Source: Cetorhinus maximus (taxonomy: Eukaryota). Taken from it: DNA of 64,000 nucleotides. The notes under the pieces are model-generated. The model made no database searches. It saw only the letters and a program-made list of their open reading frames with translations, and had not been told where the DNA came from. The stretch lies in NCBI RefSeq assembly GCF_964194155.1, contig NC_135896.1, positions 84,320,001-84,384,000 on the forward strand, read 5' to 3'. A program made the position numbers and the translations under genes. This document shows positions 24,729 through 37,550 of this stretch, in pieces (positions within the stretch are counted from its first letter, which is position 1; every line of letters starts with the position of its first letter).

Positions 24729-25555
24729 TCATAATGTTATTAGAATTTATTGTAAAGTAGTGTGTGTGTGTATGTGTGTGTGTGTGTGTGTGAGAGACTT
24801 AATTGGATTAAAGGCAGCTGGCCTGGAGGCTTTAATGTAAACATGGTAAACATGGGGAAGTTTAGAATGTAAGGTGTAAAAGGACATTTACATGTTTAAA
24901 TAAACCAGACTACATTGTTTTCAAAGGAGGGGTGAAATGTGTCACCTAGCCAGGTGAAGTTTGGAAACAGTGTGTTTATTTTCCCAAAGATTACTGGTAA
25001 AACTTAGTGCTATGAGAAATTTTTATTATCAGAAAGATAAAGTCCAAAGGCATAGTGAAACAATGGGAATTTGCATTCAAAGGGGGAAAATATGTATAAA
25101 GTAGCAAAGGCTGTGTGTAAAGGTAGGCATTTTTAAGATCTAACAAGTGTGAAAAGCTTTCAGCATCTTTGCCTCAAGCTGCTGTCTTCAGAGAACTGAA
25201 GTTAAGAAAACTCACTTTGATTTCGACTGGTTCAGGGTATTGTGTGTAACCTTACCTGGGTCTTTTAAAATCTGTGTGTCTTACTGTTGCCTTAATGAAA
25301 GTGTAACTAGGAGTCAGATTAAGTAGAAGATTTAGAAGTTATAAAAGTAGTAATTTGTAGATCTATGTGTGTTTAAAATAATTTCTCTTATTAATAAATG
25401 TTTAATCTAGTTTTGTAAAAACCTATAAGACTTGGTGGTCCTTTTACTACTGAATTCAAGGCACGCATCTCGAAATTTATGCAAATTGCTAAACAAATTG
25501 TGGCGTTATTTCAAGTTTCCCTTTGGGATTTGAATAACTCAGCATTTATCACTGG
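24729..25555 (+). mobile_element. LTR-like insertion with a (TG)n tract
   Basis: Non-coding block that splits the Gypsy gag/pol junction. TATAAA at ~25095 and AATAAA at ~25393. Ends unclear. Confidence 0.5.
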
Positions 25556-25559
25556 CTTG

Positions 25560-26690
25560 ATCCTTGACATCAAGGCAACATTTGACTGAGTGTGGCATCA
25601 GGGAGGCTTAGCAAACGAGTCAATGGGAATCAGGGGAAAACTCTCCACTGGTTGGAGTCATGCCTAGCAGAAAGGAAGGTGGTTGTAGTTGTTAAAGGTC
25701 AATCATCTCAGTTCCAGGACATCACTGCAGGAGTTCCTCAGGGTAGTGTGCAAGGCCCAACCATCTTCAACTGCATCATCAATGACCTTCCTTCCATCAT
25801 AAGGTCAGAAGTGGGGATTTTTGCTGATGATTGCACAATGTTCAGCATCATTCACAACTCCTCAGATACTGAAAGTCCATGTCCAAATGCAGCAAGATCT
25901 GGACAATATCCAGGCTTGGGCTGACAAGTGGCAAGTAACATTCACGCCACATAAGTGACAGGCAATGACCATCTCCAACAAGAGAGAATCTGACCACTAA
26001 CCCTTAACATTCAATGGCATTACCAGCACTGAACCCCCCTACCATCAACATCCGCAGGGTTACCATTGACCAGAAACTGAATTAGCCTCATAAATACTGT
26101 GGCTTCAAGAGCAGGTCAGAGGCTAGGAATCTTGCAGCGAGTAACTCACCTCCTGACCCCCCAAAGTCTGTTCACCATCGATAAGGCACAAGTCAGGAGT
26201 ATGATGGAATACTCTCCACTTGCCTAAATGAGTGTAGCTCCAACAACACTCAGTAAGATCAGGACAAAGCAGCCCACTTGATTGGCACCCCATCCACAAA
26301 CATTCACTCCTCCCACCACCAACACAGTGGTAGCAGTGTGTACCATCTAAAAGATGCACAGCAGGAACTCATCAAGGCTCCTTAGACAGCACCTTGCAAA
26401 CCCACAACCTCTACCATCTAGAAGGATGGTACATATGGAAACACCACCACTTGGAGGTTTCCCTCCAAGCCACACACCATCCTGAATTGGAAATATATCG
26501 CCGTTCCTTCACTGTTGCTGGGTCAAAATCCTGGAACTCCCTCCCTAATAGCACTGTGGGTGTACCTACACCACATGGACTGCAGCAGTTCAAGAAGGCA
26601 GCTCACCACCACCTTCTCAAGGGTGTTTAAGAATGGGCAATAAATACTCTCCTAACCAGCGATGCCCACATCCCATGAATGAATTTTTAA
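25560..26690 (+). mobile_element. CR1-group family B LINE, 5'-truncated
   Basis: GVPQGSVQGP...FADD, collinear with 53895-55045, with a (gaat)n tail. Confidence 0.88.
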
Positions 26691-26846
26691 AAATAATTAA
26701 TTGCTGTTTCGTTAACTTCTCCTAGGAAGATTATTTTTTTTTCTGTGGCTCTTCTGCTTCTTGGATTTGACTTGGCCTTGTTATTTTCTCTTTCTTCCTG
26801 TGAATTACTTGTATTTTAGACCAGCAGACCATTTTAAAATTTCCTT

Positions 26847-27636
26847 CATCACTTCGCTCAATTTAGTCTACTGCATTCGCTGCTCCCAATGCGGTCTCCT
26901 CTACATTGGAGAGACCAAATGCAGACTGGGTGACCGCTTTGCGGAACACCTTCAGTCTGTCCACAAGCATCACCCAGACCTCCCTGTCACTTGCCATTTC
27001 AACACACCACCCTGCTCTCATGCCCAAATGTCCGTCCTTGGCCTGCTGCAATGTTCCAGTGAAGCTCAACACAAATTGGAGGAACAGCACCTCATCTTCC
27101 AACTAGGCACTTTGTAGCCTTCCGGACTTAATATTGAGTTCAACAACTTCAGATCATGAACTCTCTCCTCTATCCCCACCCTCTGTCCAATCCCCCTTTT
27201 TCCAATAATTAATAATTTTTTTACACTATTTTTTCTTTTCCCTCCTATTTTTAAATTTATTTTGATCTATTGTTTCATCTCCACCTTTTAGCCCATTTCG
27301 ATCCCTTCCCCCCACTCCACCAGCACTAGGGCCATCTGCCACTAGCTTGATTCCCTTAATGTCCCCATTAGCACATCATTTAGATAATATCACCACCGTC
27401 AACACCCCTTTGTCCTTTTGTCTATGACATCTTTGGCAGTCTCTTCTTAGCCTCCACCTATCACTGGCTCCCTATCAAGCTCTCCTGTCCCACCCCCTTG
27501 TACCAGCTTATATTTTACCTCATTTCTATATGTCTTAGTTCTGATGAAGGGTCATATGGACTCGAAACGTCAACTGTATCCCTCTCCGCAGATGCTGTCA
27601 GACCTGCTGAGTTTTTTCAGATATTTTTGTTTTTGC
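26847..27636 (+). mobile_element. Penelope-like element, 5'-truncated (GIY-YIG endonuclease plus 3' region)
   Basis: NLVYCIRCSQCGLLYIGETKCRLGDRFAEH...HFN...EQHLIFQLGTL, with a 14-bp TSD tttaaaatttcctt (26833-26846, 27637-27650). Confidence 0.92.
27536..27576 (+). ncRNA. Minimal type I hammerhead ribozyme
   Basis: CUGAUGA and GAAAC cores, stem II GGGUC/GACUC, stem I UAGUU/AACUG, and GUC cleavage triplet at 27569-27571. Confidence 0.8.
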
Positions 27637-27650
27637 TTTAAAATTTCCTT

Positions 27651-28384
27651 ACTTTCCACAATTGTGGCACCCTGCTCCCCCTGCTGGACATCCTTCCCTC
27701 TTGTGCAAGGTCTTTCTGCTACACTGAGAGCATTTTAAGCTACAATTAGCATGCTTTTACCCAATTTCATGGGCTTTTGCTTCAATGAGCTTTCTATTTT
27801 CTGCCCAATATATTGAATGGCTTCATCATCCTTTTCCAAGAGACATCACTTTCCCATGAACAACTGCTCTGTTCTGCTTTCTAAGCTCAGTCTGTCACGT
27901 TACCTATACTGCATTTGTGAGAATTAACTCTTCTCTTATTTGCATGAGATGTTAGGGTTTCACCAAGACCCCAGCTACTATATGATTGCATATTAATTCA
28001 TCTCTGAGGATCCCATTTTTGTGATTTTCTACTGGTCTTTACATGTCATTTATCAATGAATCCATGCATTCACACTGTTTTTGCTTCCTCTTATTAAATT
28101 TTGCTTGCTCAATTATTACATTTTTTTGAATACTGAAGCATGCTTCAAATGCCTGGAGGACATCATTGTCTGAACTTGAAGCCTCATCAACTCCCTGTCT
28201 CACTATTACATCATCTGCAGTAGTCCTTACTGCATAAAGTACTGACCTGATCTTTTTATTCCTTCTAAAAACCTGAAGCTATACTGTATCTGGAGAATCT
28301 TTTCATCTAATTGCCCCAGTGTTGAACCTGTTGTAAGTCCCTAGTGCTTCAGAAAGGTTCTGGAAGTGGCAATGTAGACTCCAT
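27651..28384 (-). pseudogene. gag: Gypsy gag of the 20770-28860 element
   Basis: MESTLPLPEPF...DQVSTL...NVIIEQAKFNKRKQ...SLINDM...CHNCGK. Homologous to the gag at 50040-50869. A short piece continues at 26700-26832. Confidence 0.8.
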
Positions 28385-28894
28385 GCTTGCCCTGAGCTCT
28401 GGATCTGTTTCTGCTTCAGCAATTTGGCTTGTAGATTGTGATCTGTACTCACTGCTGTCTGGAACCCTGGTATGTGTCAGTTAATGTCTGCTGCAGCCAT
28501 GATGCAACATTCTCAGGTGAATCTTCAATCTTTTTTTCTTCTTAGCCTTTTATCAAAAGATTCGTATGTCTGTCAGGTCTGCAGTCTTCTCTTGGGGTTT
28601 TTCTGGGTCTTTTACACTCTGTTCCCTGTCACCTGTTTTGTCTTGCATTCGGGGTCCAGATGAGATTTCTTTAGGGCTTGCCTGTTACCCGTGAGAATGC
28701 TACCATAGACTGTTATTCATAAAAACCATTCTTGTTTATTTACAGATCTATGTACATCTCAGCACTCGACACAAGGTTATACTTCTGCTTCCCATCAGAT
28801 CTCAGTTTCTTAATCCTGTGACATTGCTTCATAGTTACATAAGCAGTTACACCAGTATTGGGTGCTCCTGATGTGAACCTTTTGCTCTCCAGTT

Positions 28895-29098
28895 TTCTGC
28901 CCTGAATCCTCGCAGTTTTAAGTCCCAAAGTCTCGCTGTTTTCTGCCCAAAGTTTTACTGTTTTAAGCCCCAAAGTTTTACTGTTTTAAGCCCCAAAGTT
29001 ATACTGTTTTAAGCCCCAAAGTCTCACTGCTTTAAGCCCTGAAGTCTCTCTGTTTTCTGCCCCGAAGTCTCACTGGTTTAGGTCCCGAAGTCTCTTAC
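28895..29098. repeat. ~23-bp minisatellite, about 8-9 units
   Basis: Unit ctgttttaagccccaaagt(ttta/ctca). Confidence 0.9.
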
Positions 29099-29659
29099 TG
29101 CTGTGATATAAATGTAAGTTGATATTGTTGTTCCATACGATTGAAGCTGAACCAGCTGCAGATTATATAGGATGCTATGCAGAGGAGTCAGTTACTGACT
29201 GCAATGAACATTAGTCAAGCAGTGCGAATGAATCACAGCTACGCACAAAGTATTCACCAGCTCTTCCAGTGATGCTAGGTTGTTTAGCAAAGCTAATGCT
29301 TTTTTTCCTTGCTGTATGTCTATTGTTGCATAATGTATGCAATGTGCAGAGTAATGTAGACATCTAGATGTTTTTGACCTTGGCATTTATTTATCTGGTG
29401 CATTGAGCACTTACTCTTTTTGATATATTTCTTGGACTGTGCAGTTCTTTTAAACAGCAGTATGCTTCAATCCTTCTAGCTTTTGGATTTCATTCAATGC
29501 ATAGAAACAGTAGTCAAATCTTAAATTAATTTACAGTGAGCTTTGGCACATCTGAACAGCGGCTCCTCTTTTTCTGATGCAGGTAATCTTCCCTCTAAAC
29601 ACTCTTCACACCATTCACAATTTGTCCCTTCTCCCCTGGCTTCATTTCATTTCAAGGCT

Positions 29660-30025
29660 GGTGTCAAACAAAGCAGTCGCACTGCCTTCCCCATGCCAGA
29701 GGTCATTGGTTCAAGTCTGCTCCAAAGATTTGAACATATAATCTAGCTGTCACTCCAGTGCAGTGCTGAAAGAATGCTGCATTGTCGGAGGTGCCCTCTT
29801 TCAGATGGTATGTCAAACCAAGACCTAGTTTACCCCCTCAAGTAGACATAAAATGGCACAATTGTAAAGAAGAGGAGGAGAGTGTCCAGCCCAGCATTTA
29901 TCTGCCAACCAACTTCACAAAAACAGATTATCTGCTGATGTTCGCATTGCTGTTTGTGGGAGTTTACTGTGCACAAATTGCCTGCTGTGTTTCTTATATC
30001 ACAAGACCACACTTCAAAAGTAATT
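29660..30025 (+). mobile_element. DeuSINE/SacSINE1-like SINE
   Basis: B-box ggttcaagtc and core gctgcattgtcggaggtgccctctttcagatg. Confidence 0.7.
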
Positions 30026-30759
30026 TCCAGGACTCAATAACTTCAAAATCAGCACATTGTAATCATTTGGCACAACAAATCTGCATTTTGAGTAATTCCA
30101 TGTCACATAATACAACAATAACTTGGGCCTTGGCATTGAAGTGTGGCAATTTGATAACTTGATGAAGTTCTATCATTCACCGCTTCAGTGTGTTCACAGC
30201 TTTTTATATAATGATCCAAGTACAGAACTGCACTCAGCTCAATGCAATAGTTGGGAGCCTGCGGGCGTTTTTCAGTAGGATCCCAGGGAGAATGAACAGG
30301 AGCGATAATGTTTGCCTATTTTTCCTTCCCTTGCAGTTCAGGCCCAACTGTGGCTGAATTTGGGATACCAAACTGTTAACATGGTCCCACAATGGAAGGC
30401 AGGCCCTTGCAACTGAAAAGGAAAATGCAGTAAGGCTGCAGGTTTGAGAGACCTGTTTATAGTGAGCCTGGCCCTCCAGCCTCAGAGAACATCTGCCCAT
30501 TGCTAGAAAGCACATACATATCAACTGATGAAACTCAGTAAAACTGGCAGATAGCTTCAAAATTGTGAACTCAGCCTCCAAACTGGGCTGAAAACACAAA
30601 TCTATACTGAAAATAGCAGCCCTAAATCTGCAGTGCAATGGGAAAAGAGCAGGAAGAGTGGGGCTAATTAGCTAGCCCTTTCAAAGTGCATGACAAGCCA
30701 AATGGCATCCTTTCTTTGCTGTATGATTATGTGAATCAAGGCCAACACTACAAGCTCAC

Positions 30760-31245
30760 TACAAAGCCAAAACTGTAGGATACAAGTGTTAGAAGGTCTG
30801 ACTGCATTATGCTCTGCTCAGACTGTCTCACCCAGTTCTGGTCACCTAGAAACAAGAGAGACATTCAAGCATTGGAGGCAGAGCTAGTGTTGGAGATTTG
30901 AGATATGAAGAAAGACTTGGGCTGTTTAGCCTTGAAAAAGGCATTTGAGAGACTAACTATCAGAGATGGACAAGATACTGAATAGTGTGGTAAATGTTAT
31001 TCTGTAATACCACTTCAATTAAATTCTGAGGACAAGAGGACACTGGGTCAAACCACTAAAAGGTAATTTAATGACTGATATCGGGATTGTCTTCTTCAAG
31101 TTGAGAGTGAATCCTCACTTGACATAAACTCCAAGATAGAGTGAGGGAGGTGAAAAAATCAGATGCAGCAATGTGTTGAATGTAGCCTTGTTCTAAATTA
31201 AGGAGAGCTGAATGGCCTTCCTCATCCATAAGTGATTTTGGGAAT
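30760..31245 (+). mobile_element. Old CR1 3' fragment
   Basis: ccagttctggtcacc...ggctgtttagccttgaaaaaggca...gctgaatggccttcctc. Confidence 0.55.
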
Positions 31246-31534
31246 GTTAACATCCTTTTTATAACTGTAGATTTAGGATTTTTATTAGTGCTTTCAGATT
31301 ACATTCTGCAATTTAACTTGCAGTTTTGTGGTTTTTTTCTATTCATTCCTATCCAAAATATCTCGCCCTCCTCACCAATATTCAGTATTCATTAAACTCT
31401 TCACATGGAATTAGATGGAGAATGATTGATTAAAAGCTAAATTCCAAAGGATCGGTTGGAGTTGAAGCCGTTGGCATCAAGGCAGCATTGAACTGGGTGC
31501 ACGTTAATAGTTTGGATGAAGGAATACAGAATTC

Positions 31535-33350
31535 TTTTTTATTTATTCATGAGATGTGAATGGTACTGGCAAAGCCAGCCTTTACAGCCCATCCTGAGAA
31601 GATTGTGGTGAGCCATCTTCTTGAATCGCTGCAGCCCATGAGGTGAGGGCACTCCCACAGTGACTACTGGGTAGGAAGTACCTGGGTTTTGGCCCAGTGA
31701 CGATTATGATCTGATTTTACTCTGATTTTGTTATGTGTAACCTAATTGATTTCAGCCACCCAAATTTGCCAGCAATTTGTAAGTGACTTAATAATTTTGT
31801 GAGTGGCTTAATAAACGTGCTTATGTTTATACAAGACTTAACCAATTAAGGCAAAAATAGGACTCTTTGGCTAGTAGATTTTAGGAAGTCTATTAAAGAA
31901 AAGGTATACTTAACAACTTTGGACAATGACTTTTACAACTCCAGCCAGTTGTGTGGTCCATTGAAGTGTTGATAACTTATGTCCTCTCCCAGGTCTCTGG
32001 TCTCGATCTTGAACCCGCTTGTGGAGATTGGCATGTGGTTGGTACTCCAGTCTTCAAAGCTTGACTCGCAAAGGAACCTTATCGGACCCCTATTTTTATC
32101 CCTTTAATGAATAGCACACCATGCCAGGTCAGGGTTAATGATTGTTTCCAGCTGTTGCTAGATAAATGTGATTTTTCTTTATAATTACATATTTCAGTTG
32201 ATAATACTTGGTTCAAGAGGATACCAATGTATCATTTATGAAGAACAATAGCTTCTTTATTTTGCTAATTCTTAATCTGATTGTTAACAATTCTCTGTTC
32301 ATAAGACAGACTCTGCCAAGGCTATGGTGCCCTGTACCTTATCAGAATTAAAAAGATCCCACATCTAAACAGTCTCTGCTATGTCGGCATTTTCTAGAAA
32401 CATTCAAGTTTATACAATTAAAGTCCCAGTCTTTCCAAAATGCTTATTAATAACACCAATTCACTAACTATAACTTAATCAAAGTTCATTACATTTATAA
32501 TCATCTGTTTCATGACTGGCTGCTACTTGATACAAAATCAATACATGTAGTTATACAGAATACAAAATACAGGATCTGAAATGGTTGCAGAAGCCATATG
32601 TTAGTGTTAAAATGGCTTTCTTGATCTTGGTAATTATTACAGAGAATACAGTATAAAAATTGCTGATATTAAAACTAAACCTGACTACCCAGGCCTACTT
32701 ACATGATGAAGGAACAGTGATATATTTCCAAGTCAGGATGGTGTGTGACTTGGTGGGGAGCTTGCAGGTGGTTGTGTTCCCAAGCACCTGCTGTCCTTGT
32801 TCTTCTTGGTGGTAGAGGTCGCGAGTTTGAAAAGTGCTGTTGAGGAAGGCTAGTGAGTTCCTGCAGTGCATCTTGTAAGATGGTGCACTCTGCTGCCACT
32901 GTGAGTCGGTGGTGGAGGGAGTGAATGGTTAAGGTGGTGGGCAGGATGCTGATCCAGCGGGCTGCTCTGTCTTGAATGGTGTCAAGCTTCTTGAGTGCTG
33001 TTAGAGCTGTGCTCATTCGGGCAAGTGGAGAGCATCCGTCACACTCCTGGCTTGTGGTTGATGGGAAGACTATGGGAGTCAGGAGGTGAGTCACTTGTCA
33101 CAGAATTCCAAGCCTCTGACCTGTCTCCGTAACTACAGTGTTTATGCAGCTGGTTCAGTCAAGTTTGGTGCCCACCTCCTGGACATTGATAATGTGAAAT
33201 TTGGCGTTTGTAATGCCATCAATGGGTGGTGGTTAGAATCATTTGTGTTGAAAATGGTCATTGTCTGTCACATGTGCCACCTTTCCGCTCAGGTCTGAAT
33301 GTTGCCAGGCCTATGCAGTCATCAGCGAACATCCCCACTTCTGGCCTTAA
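31535..33350 (-). mobile_element. CR1-group family B LINE 3' fragment, split by an LTR
   Basis: EVGMFADD...LKKLDTIQDRAA; reverse of 54140-55045. Confidence 0.8.
31705..32703 (-). mobile_element. Probable solo LTR (999 bp)
   Basis: Cleanly interrupts the LINE sequence gacgat|gaagg. Flanks CGAT/TGAT fit a 4-bp TSD with CpG decay. Termini TA..CA. Confidence 0.65.
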
Positions 33351-33359
33351 GATGACTAC

Positions 33360-34275
33360 TAATTTGTATCTCCAAGTTTCTAGATGACAGCTAGTTAGGA
33401 AGCACACTAAGTAGTGGGAATGGGAGCAAGAGGTTAAAAAGAGACTGAGAAAGATTAAGTGAGTGGCCAAAACATGACGGATGGAGGTCAAAGTGGGAAA
33501 GTGTGAGTTAATCCAATTTGGATTTAAGAAAGACAAATCAGATTACTTCCTTAATGGAAAGGGACGAGGAGCTGTGGAGGAGCAAAGTGATTTAAATGTC
33601 CATGTACATAAATCACTAAAAGCTAGTGCACAATAAGTAATGAGAAAGGTTAATGGAATGTTGGCCTTCATCTCAAGAGACTTGGAATGCAAAAGTGAAG
33701 AATTTTGTTTCAGTTGTTAAGAGCTTCGTTCAGACGTCACCTGGAGCATTGTGTTCAGTAATGGGCATCACCCCTCAGGAAAAATATTTTGGCCTTGGAG
33801 AGAGTAGTGTGCAGATGCACCAGAATGTTATCAAGGCTTCAAAGGTTAAACTATGATTATATAAACTTTGTTCATTTTTAACTTGAGTTTGGAAGGCTGA
33901 GGGGCGGTCTAATCAAGGGTTTTTCAGGTGATTATGTGGTACAAGTAAGGTAATTTAATTTGAGAACTAATTTACTCTGGTCGGGATATCCAATACAATA
34001 GATGGTGTGGGGGCATAATCTTAAAATTAGAGCTGGGCCATTCAGGAGTGAAATCAGAACAAAAAGTGTAGCGGAAATCTGGAACTTTCTCCGGAAAAGG
34101 CTGTAGGTGCTGGGTCAATTTAAATTTTCAAGAATGTGATTGATACAGTTTTGTTAGATTTGGCTATCATAGGATGTGGATCAAAGGTGACTAAATGGAA
34201 TAGATGTGCCGATCAGCCATGATATAATAGAATGGCAGAACAGGCTTGAGGGGCTGAATGACCAATGTTTCTATG
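33360..34275 (+). mobile_element. CR1/HER1-like LINE 3' fragment
   Basis: Degenerate ORF2 C-terminus and tail gcagaacaggcttgaggggctgaatg. Confidence 0.75.
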
Positions 34276-34369
34276 AATATATCACTTATGAGGATTACCA
34301 AATCTGACATCAAGGAGGATGAGGAGGGAGGGGTGGGCAGAGGGTGGGTGGGGGAGGGTCAAAAGAAAG

Positions 34370-34690
34370 CCCATCAGTGGCTGGAAACATAACTGACTCA
34401 AAGGAAAGCATCTCAAGTTGTACTAGGGAGGAGGGCGATGGGGGGTAGGGGGGAACAGAAGGAAGATTGAGAGAGCAGTCGTGATAGGGGATTTTATGGT
34501 TAGGGGACCAGACAGGTGTTTCTGTGGTTGCAGATGTGATTCTAGGATGGTATGTTGACTCACTGGTGCCAGGATCCAGGATGTCATTGAGCAGCTGCAG
34601 GGCACTCTGAGAGGGGAGGGTGAACAGCAAGAGGTTGTGGCCCACATCAGTAGCAACAACATAGATAGAAAGAGGGATGAGGTCCTGCAT
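34370..34690 (+). mobile_element. CR1 ORF1 esterase fragment
   Basis: AVVIGDFMVRGPDRCFCG...GARIQDV...VVAHISSNNI. Confidence 0.75.
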
Positions 34691-35604
34691 TCCTCATATG
34701 AATGGCCTTCAGCTTCTTCATGAGCTCAAACATAAGATCACATGGGAGTCTGTTTGCCAGTAACCCCATAGTGTTGGAATTCCCTAGCTGGCATCACCTA
34801 ATGCTGTTGTGTTCACATGTTGACTGCAGCACTTCAAGGGGAAGGCCCATTACTTCCTTCTTTGGGCCACAAGGGGCAGGTGATAAATGTTGGCTTTACT
34901 AGTCTCAGCAAATTCTAAAAAACAAATGAAATGCAAAGTTCTTGTCATTATGCAGTAAACCAAGTCACAAGAAGATGTATTGCGATTGGGTGACATCACC
35001 TCAAGATACAATGGCTGAAAAATGAGCACAGTTGTAATTAATTGTCTCAATGAATCTCTACTTCAAGTAATTCCACGTCACATTAATAAAAGGTTTACAA
35101 CAACAGCTTGGACCTTGGCATAGCAGTGTGGCTATTTGAGGATGCGATGAAATGCAAATACACTAGACCACTCAGTGTCCCATTGTGCTCACAGCTGTTT
35201 ATGCCATCGACGAAGCTCAGAACTATACATAGAGGTGAAAGATCAATCGCTCAGCCCTGGTGGCATGTTCATGTTGAAAAACAACACTGGGCTGCAGTTC
35301 AGAGAAACCTTTCTAAGAGGGAAGCTTACATTCGTAAAGTGCCTTTCATGACCTCAGAATGTCCCAAGATGCTTCACAACCAACAACTACAATGGACATT
35401 TTCTGATGATATTTTTGAAGGGTTTGGAAGGGCGTGTGAAGAATTTCTAGCATGACCTCCTAATTTCCTGCCATCACTGTATTGAGAATTCAGCAGAGGC
35501 ACCGGGAGAAATGGCTGTTTTTAGTTGTATTCACTCTTACTCACTGGATGGCACAGAGGGAGGGGGTTGCTGTGGTTGGATTTGTTGACCACCTGCCAAA
35601 GTTT

Positions 35605-36220
35605 TTAGAGAACTTCAGAGCTGTTCCCATGCACCTGCTGCACTTGCCCTTCTAGGTGATAGAAGTTGTGGGTTTGGAAGTTGTTGAAGAAGCCGTGGCA
35701 AGTTGCTACAGTGCATCTTGTAGATGGCGGACACTGCAGCCACAATGCGCCAGTGAAAGGAGTGAGCCAGAAGGTCGACACTATCCAAGACAAAGCAGTC
35801 TTCTAGATCGGCAGCCCATCCACCACTTTAAACATTCACCTCTACCCCTCCGTCCATCGGCGCACAGTGGCAGCAGTGTGAACCATCTAAAAGATGCACT
35901 GCAGTAGCTCGACAAACCTGCTTCGACAGCATCTTCCAAACCCACAGCCATTACCACCTAGAAGGACAAGGACAGCAGATGCATAGGGACACAACCGCCG
36001 GCAAGTTCCCCTTACACACCATCCTGACTTGGAACTATGTCACCGTTCCATAACTGTTGCTGGGTCAAAATCCTGGAGCTCCTTTCCTATGGCACTGTGG
36101 GTGTACCCCCACCACACAGACTGTAGCGGTTCAAGAATGTACCTCCTCAAAGGCAATTAGGGATGGGCAATGAATACTGGCCTTGCCAGCAATGCTCACA
36201 TCCTATGAATAAGTAAAAGA
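35605..36220 (+). mobile_element. CR1-group family B 3' fragments, antisense then sense
   Basis: 35605-35765 is antisense and 35775-36220 is sense; both cover the same 3' region. Confidence 0.7.
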
Positions 36221-36297
36221 AGGACATCACCCCCATTGCCCCCAATTCACTTTTAAACGGATCATCAACTACTTTCAGGTTAGTTGCTGATAAATTT

Positions 36298-37291
36298 AGA
36301 GTCGTAGAGTCATAGAGGTCTACAGCACAGAAAAAGGCCCTTCGACCCATCTGCGCAGGTCAAACAAGTACCTAACTATTCTAATCCCATTTTCCAGCAC
36401 TAGGCCCATAGCCTTGTATGCCACGGTATTGCAAGTGCACATCCAAATACTTCTTAAATGTTATGAGGATTTCTGCCTCCAGCACCCTTTCAGGCAGTGA
36501 GTTCCAGATTCCCACCACCCTCTGGGTAAAAAAATTCTTCCTCATGTCCCCTCTAAACCTCCTACCTCTTACCTTAAATTTATGCCCCTTGGTTATTGAT
36601 CCCTCCACCAAGGGGAAAAGTTCCTTCCTGTCTACCCTATCTATGCCCCTCATAATCTTATACACCTCAATCATGTCCCCCCTCAATCTCCTCTGCTCCA
36701 GAGGAAATAACCCCAGTCTATCCAATCTCTCCTCATAACTAAAACTCTCCAGCCCAGGCAACATCCTGGTAAATCTCTGCACTCTCTCTAGTGCAATCAC
36801 ATCCTTCCTATAATGCGGATTCCAGAATTGCATGCAATACTCTAGCTGTGGCCTAAACAGCATTTTATACAGTTCCAGCATATCCTCCCTGCTCTTATAT
36901 TCTATGCCTCAGCTAATAAAGGCAAGTATCCCATATGCCTTCTTAACCATCTTATCTACCTGTCCCACTACCTTAATGGTCCGGTGGACATGCACACCAA
37001 GGTCCCTCTGATCCTCGGTACTTCCCAGGGTCCTACCATTCATCGTGTATTTTGGTGCCTTGTTTGTCCTGCCCAAGTGCATCACCTCACACTTATCCGG
37101 ATTAGATTCCATTTGCCACTGATCAGCCCATCTGACCAGCCTGTCTATGTCCTTCTGTAATCTAAGGCTATCCTCCTCGCTATTTACCTCCCCACCAATT
37201 TTCGTGTCATCCGCGAACTTACTGATCAACCCTCCTACAATCAAGCCTAAATCGCTTATATATACTACAAACAGCAAGGGTCCCAACACCC
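36298..37291 (-). mobile_element. Young CR1/HER1-like LINE, 5'-truncated
   Basis: Nearly intact LGPLLFVVYISDL...KFADDTK...RPQLEYCMQFW...FFTQRVVGIWNSLP. Confidence 0.93.
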
Positions 37292-37339
37292 AAATTTCTG
37301 CTGAGTTTGGAGAAATGCTGTGAGTTTCCTACTGTTGTT

Positions 37340-37550
37340 CAAAGTTGAGGTTTTGCAGGTAGTGGTGTTACACATGCTGGTATTGACTGTGACTGCTGGC
37401 TGCTTCCACTGCCCTCACAGTGTCTGTCTGGAGGGCCTGCTGGTCCAGTCTGGATAGAGGACCTCTCTTCCTCTGTCCTCGCCCTGCACCAAGGCCTCTC
37501 GTTCTCCTTCAGGGAACCTTGGAGCATGCTCTCTGCCTGTTGCACCATAT
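37340..37550 (-). pseudogene. Harbinger-type Myb/SANT remnant
   Basis: REHAPRFPEGEREALVQ...REVLYP...QTL*GQWKQPAVTVN, matching the Myb frames at 58342 and 59072. Confidence 0.7.

Larger units (their letters stand above)
20770..28860 (-). mobile_element. Decayed Mag-type Gypsy retrotransposon with four nested insertions
   Basis: Probable 5' LTR from 28711 (tgttatt; AATAAA on the minus strand), a short TGGTAGCA PBS-like motif at 28698-28705, then gag-PR-RT-RH-IN. No 3' LTR seen; a CR1 fragment abuts the 3' end. Confidence 0.8.

Noticed and set aside
29192-29386. Possible hAT transposase remnant (LHYSAHCIHYATID)
   Set aside because: Only a loose echo of the HCxAH motif, with no other support.
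30320-30480. Strong splice-acceptor-like site tttttccttcccttgcag
   Set aside because: No recognisable coding exon or matching donor; cannot be supported without transcripts.
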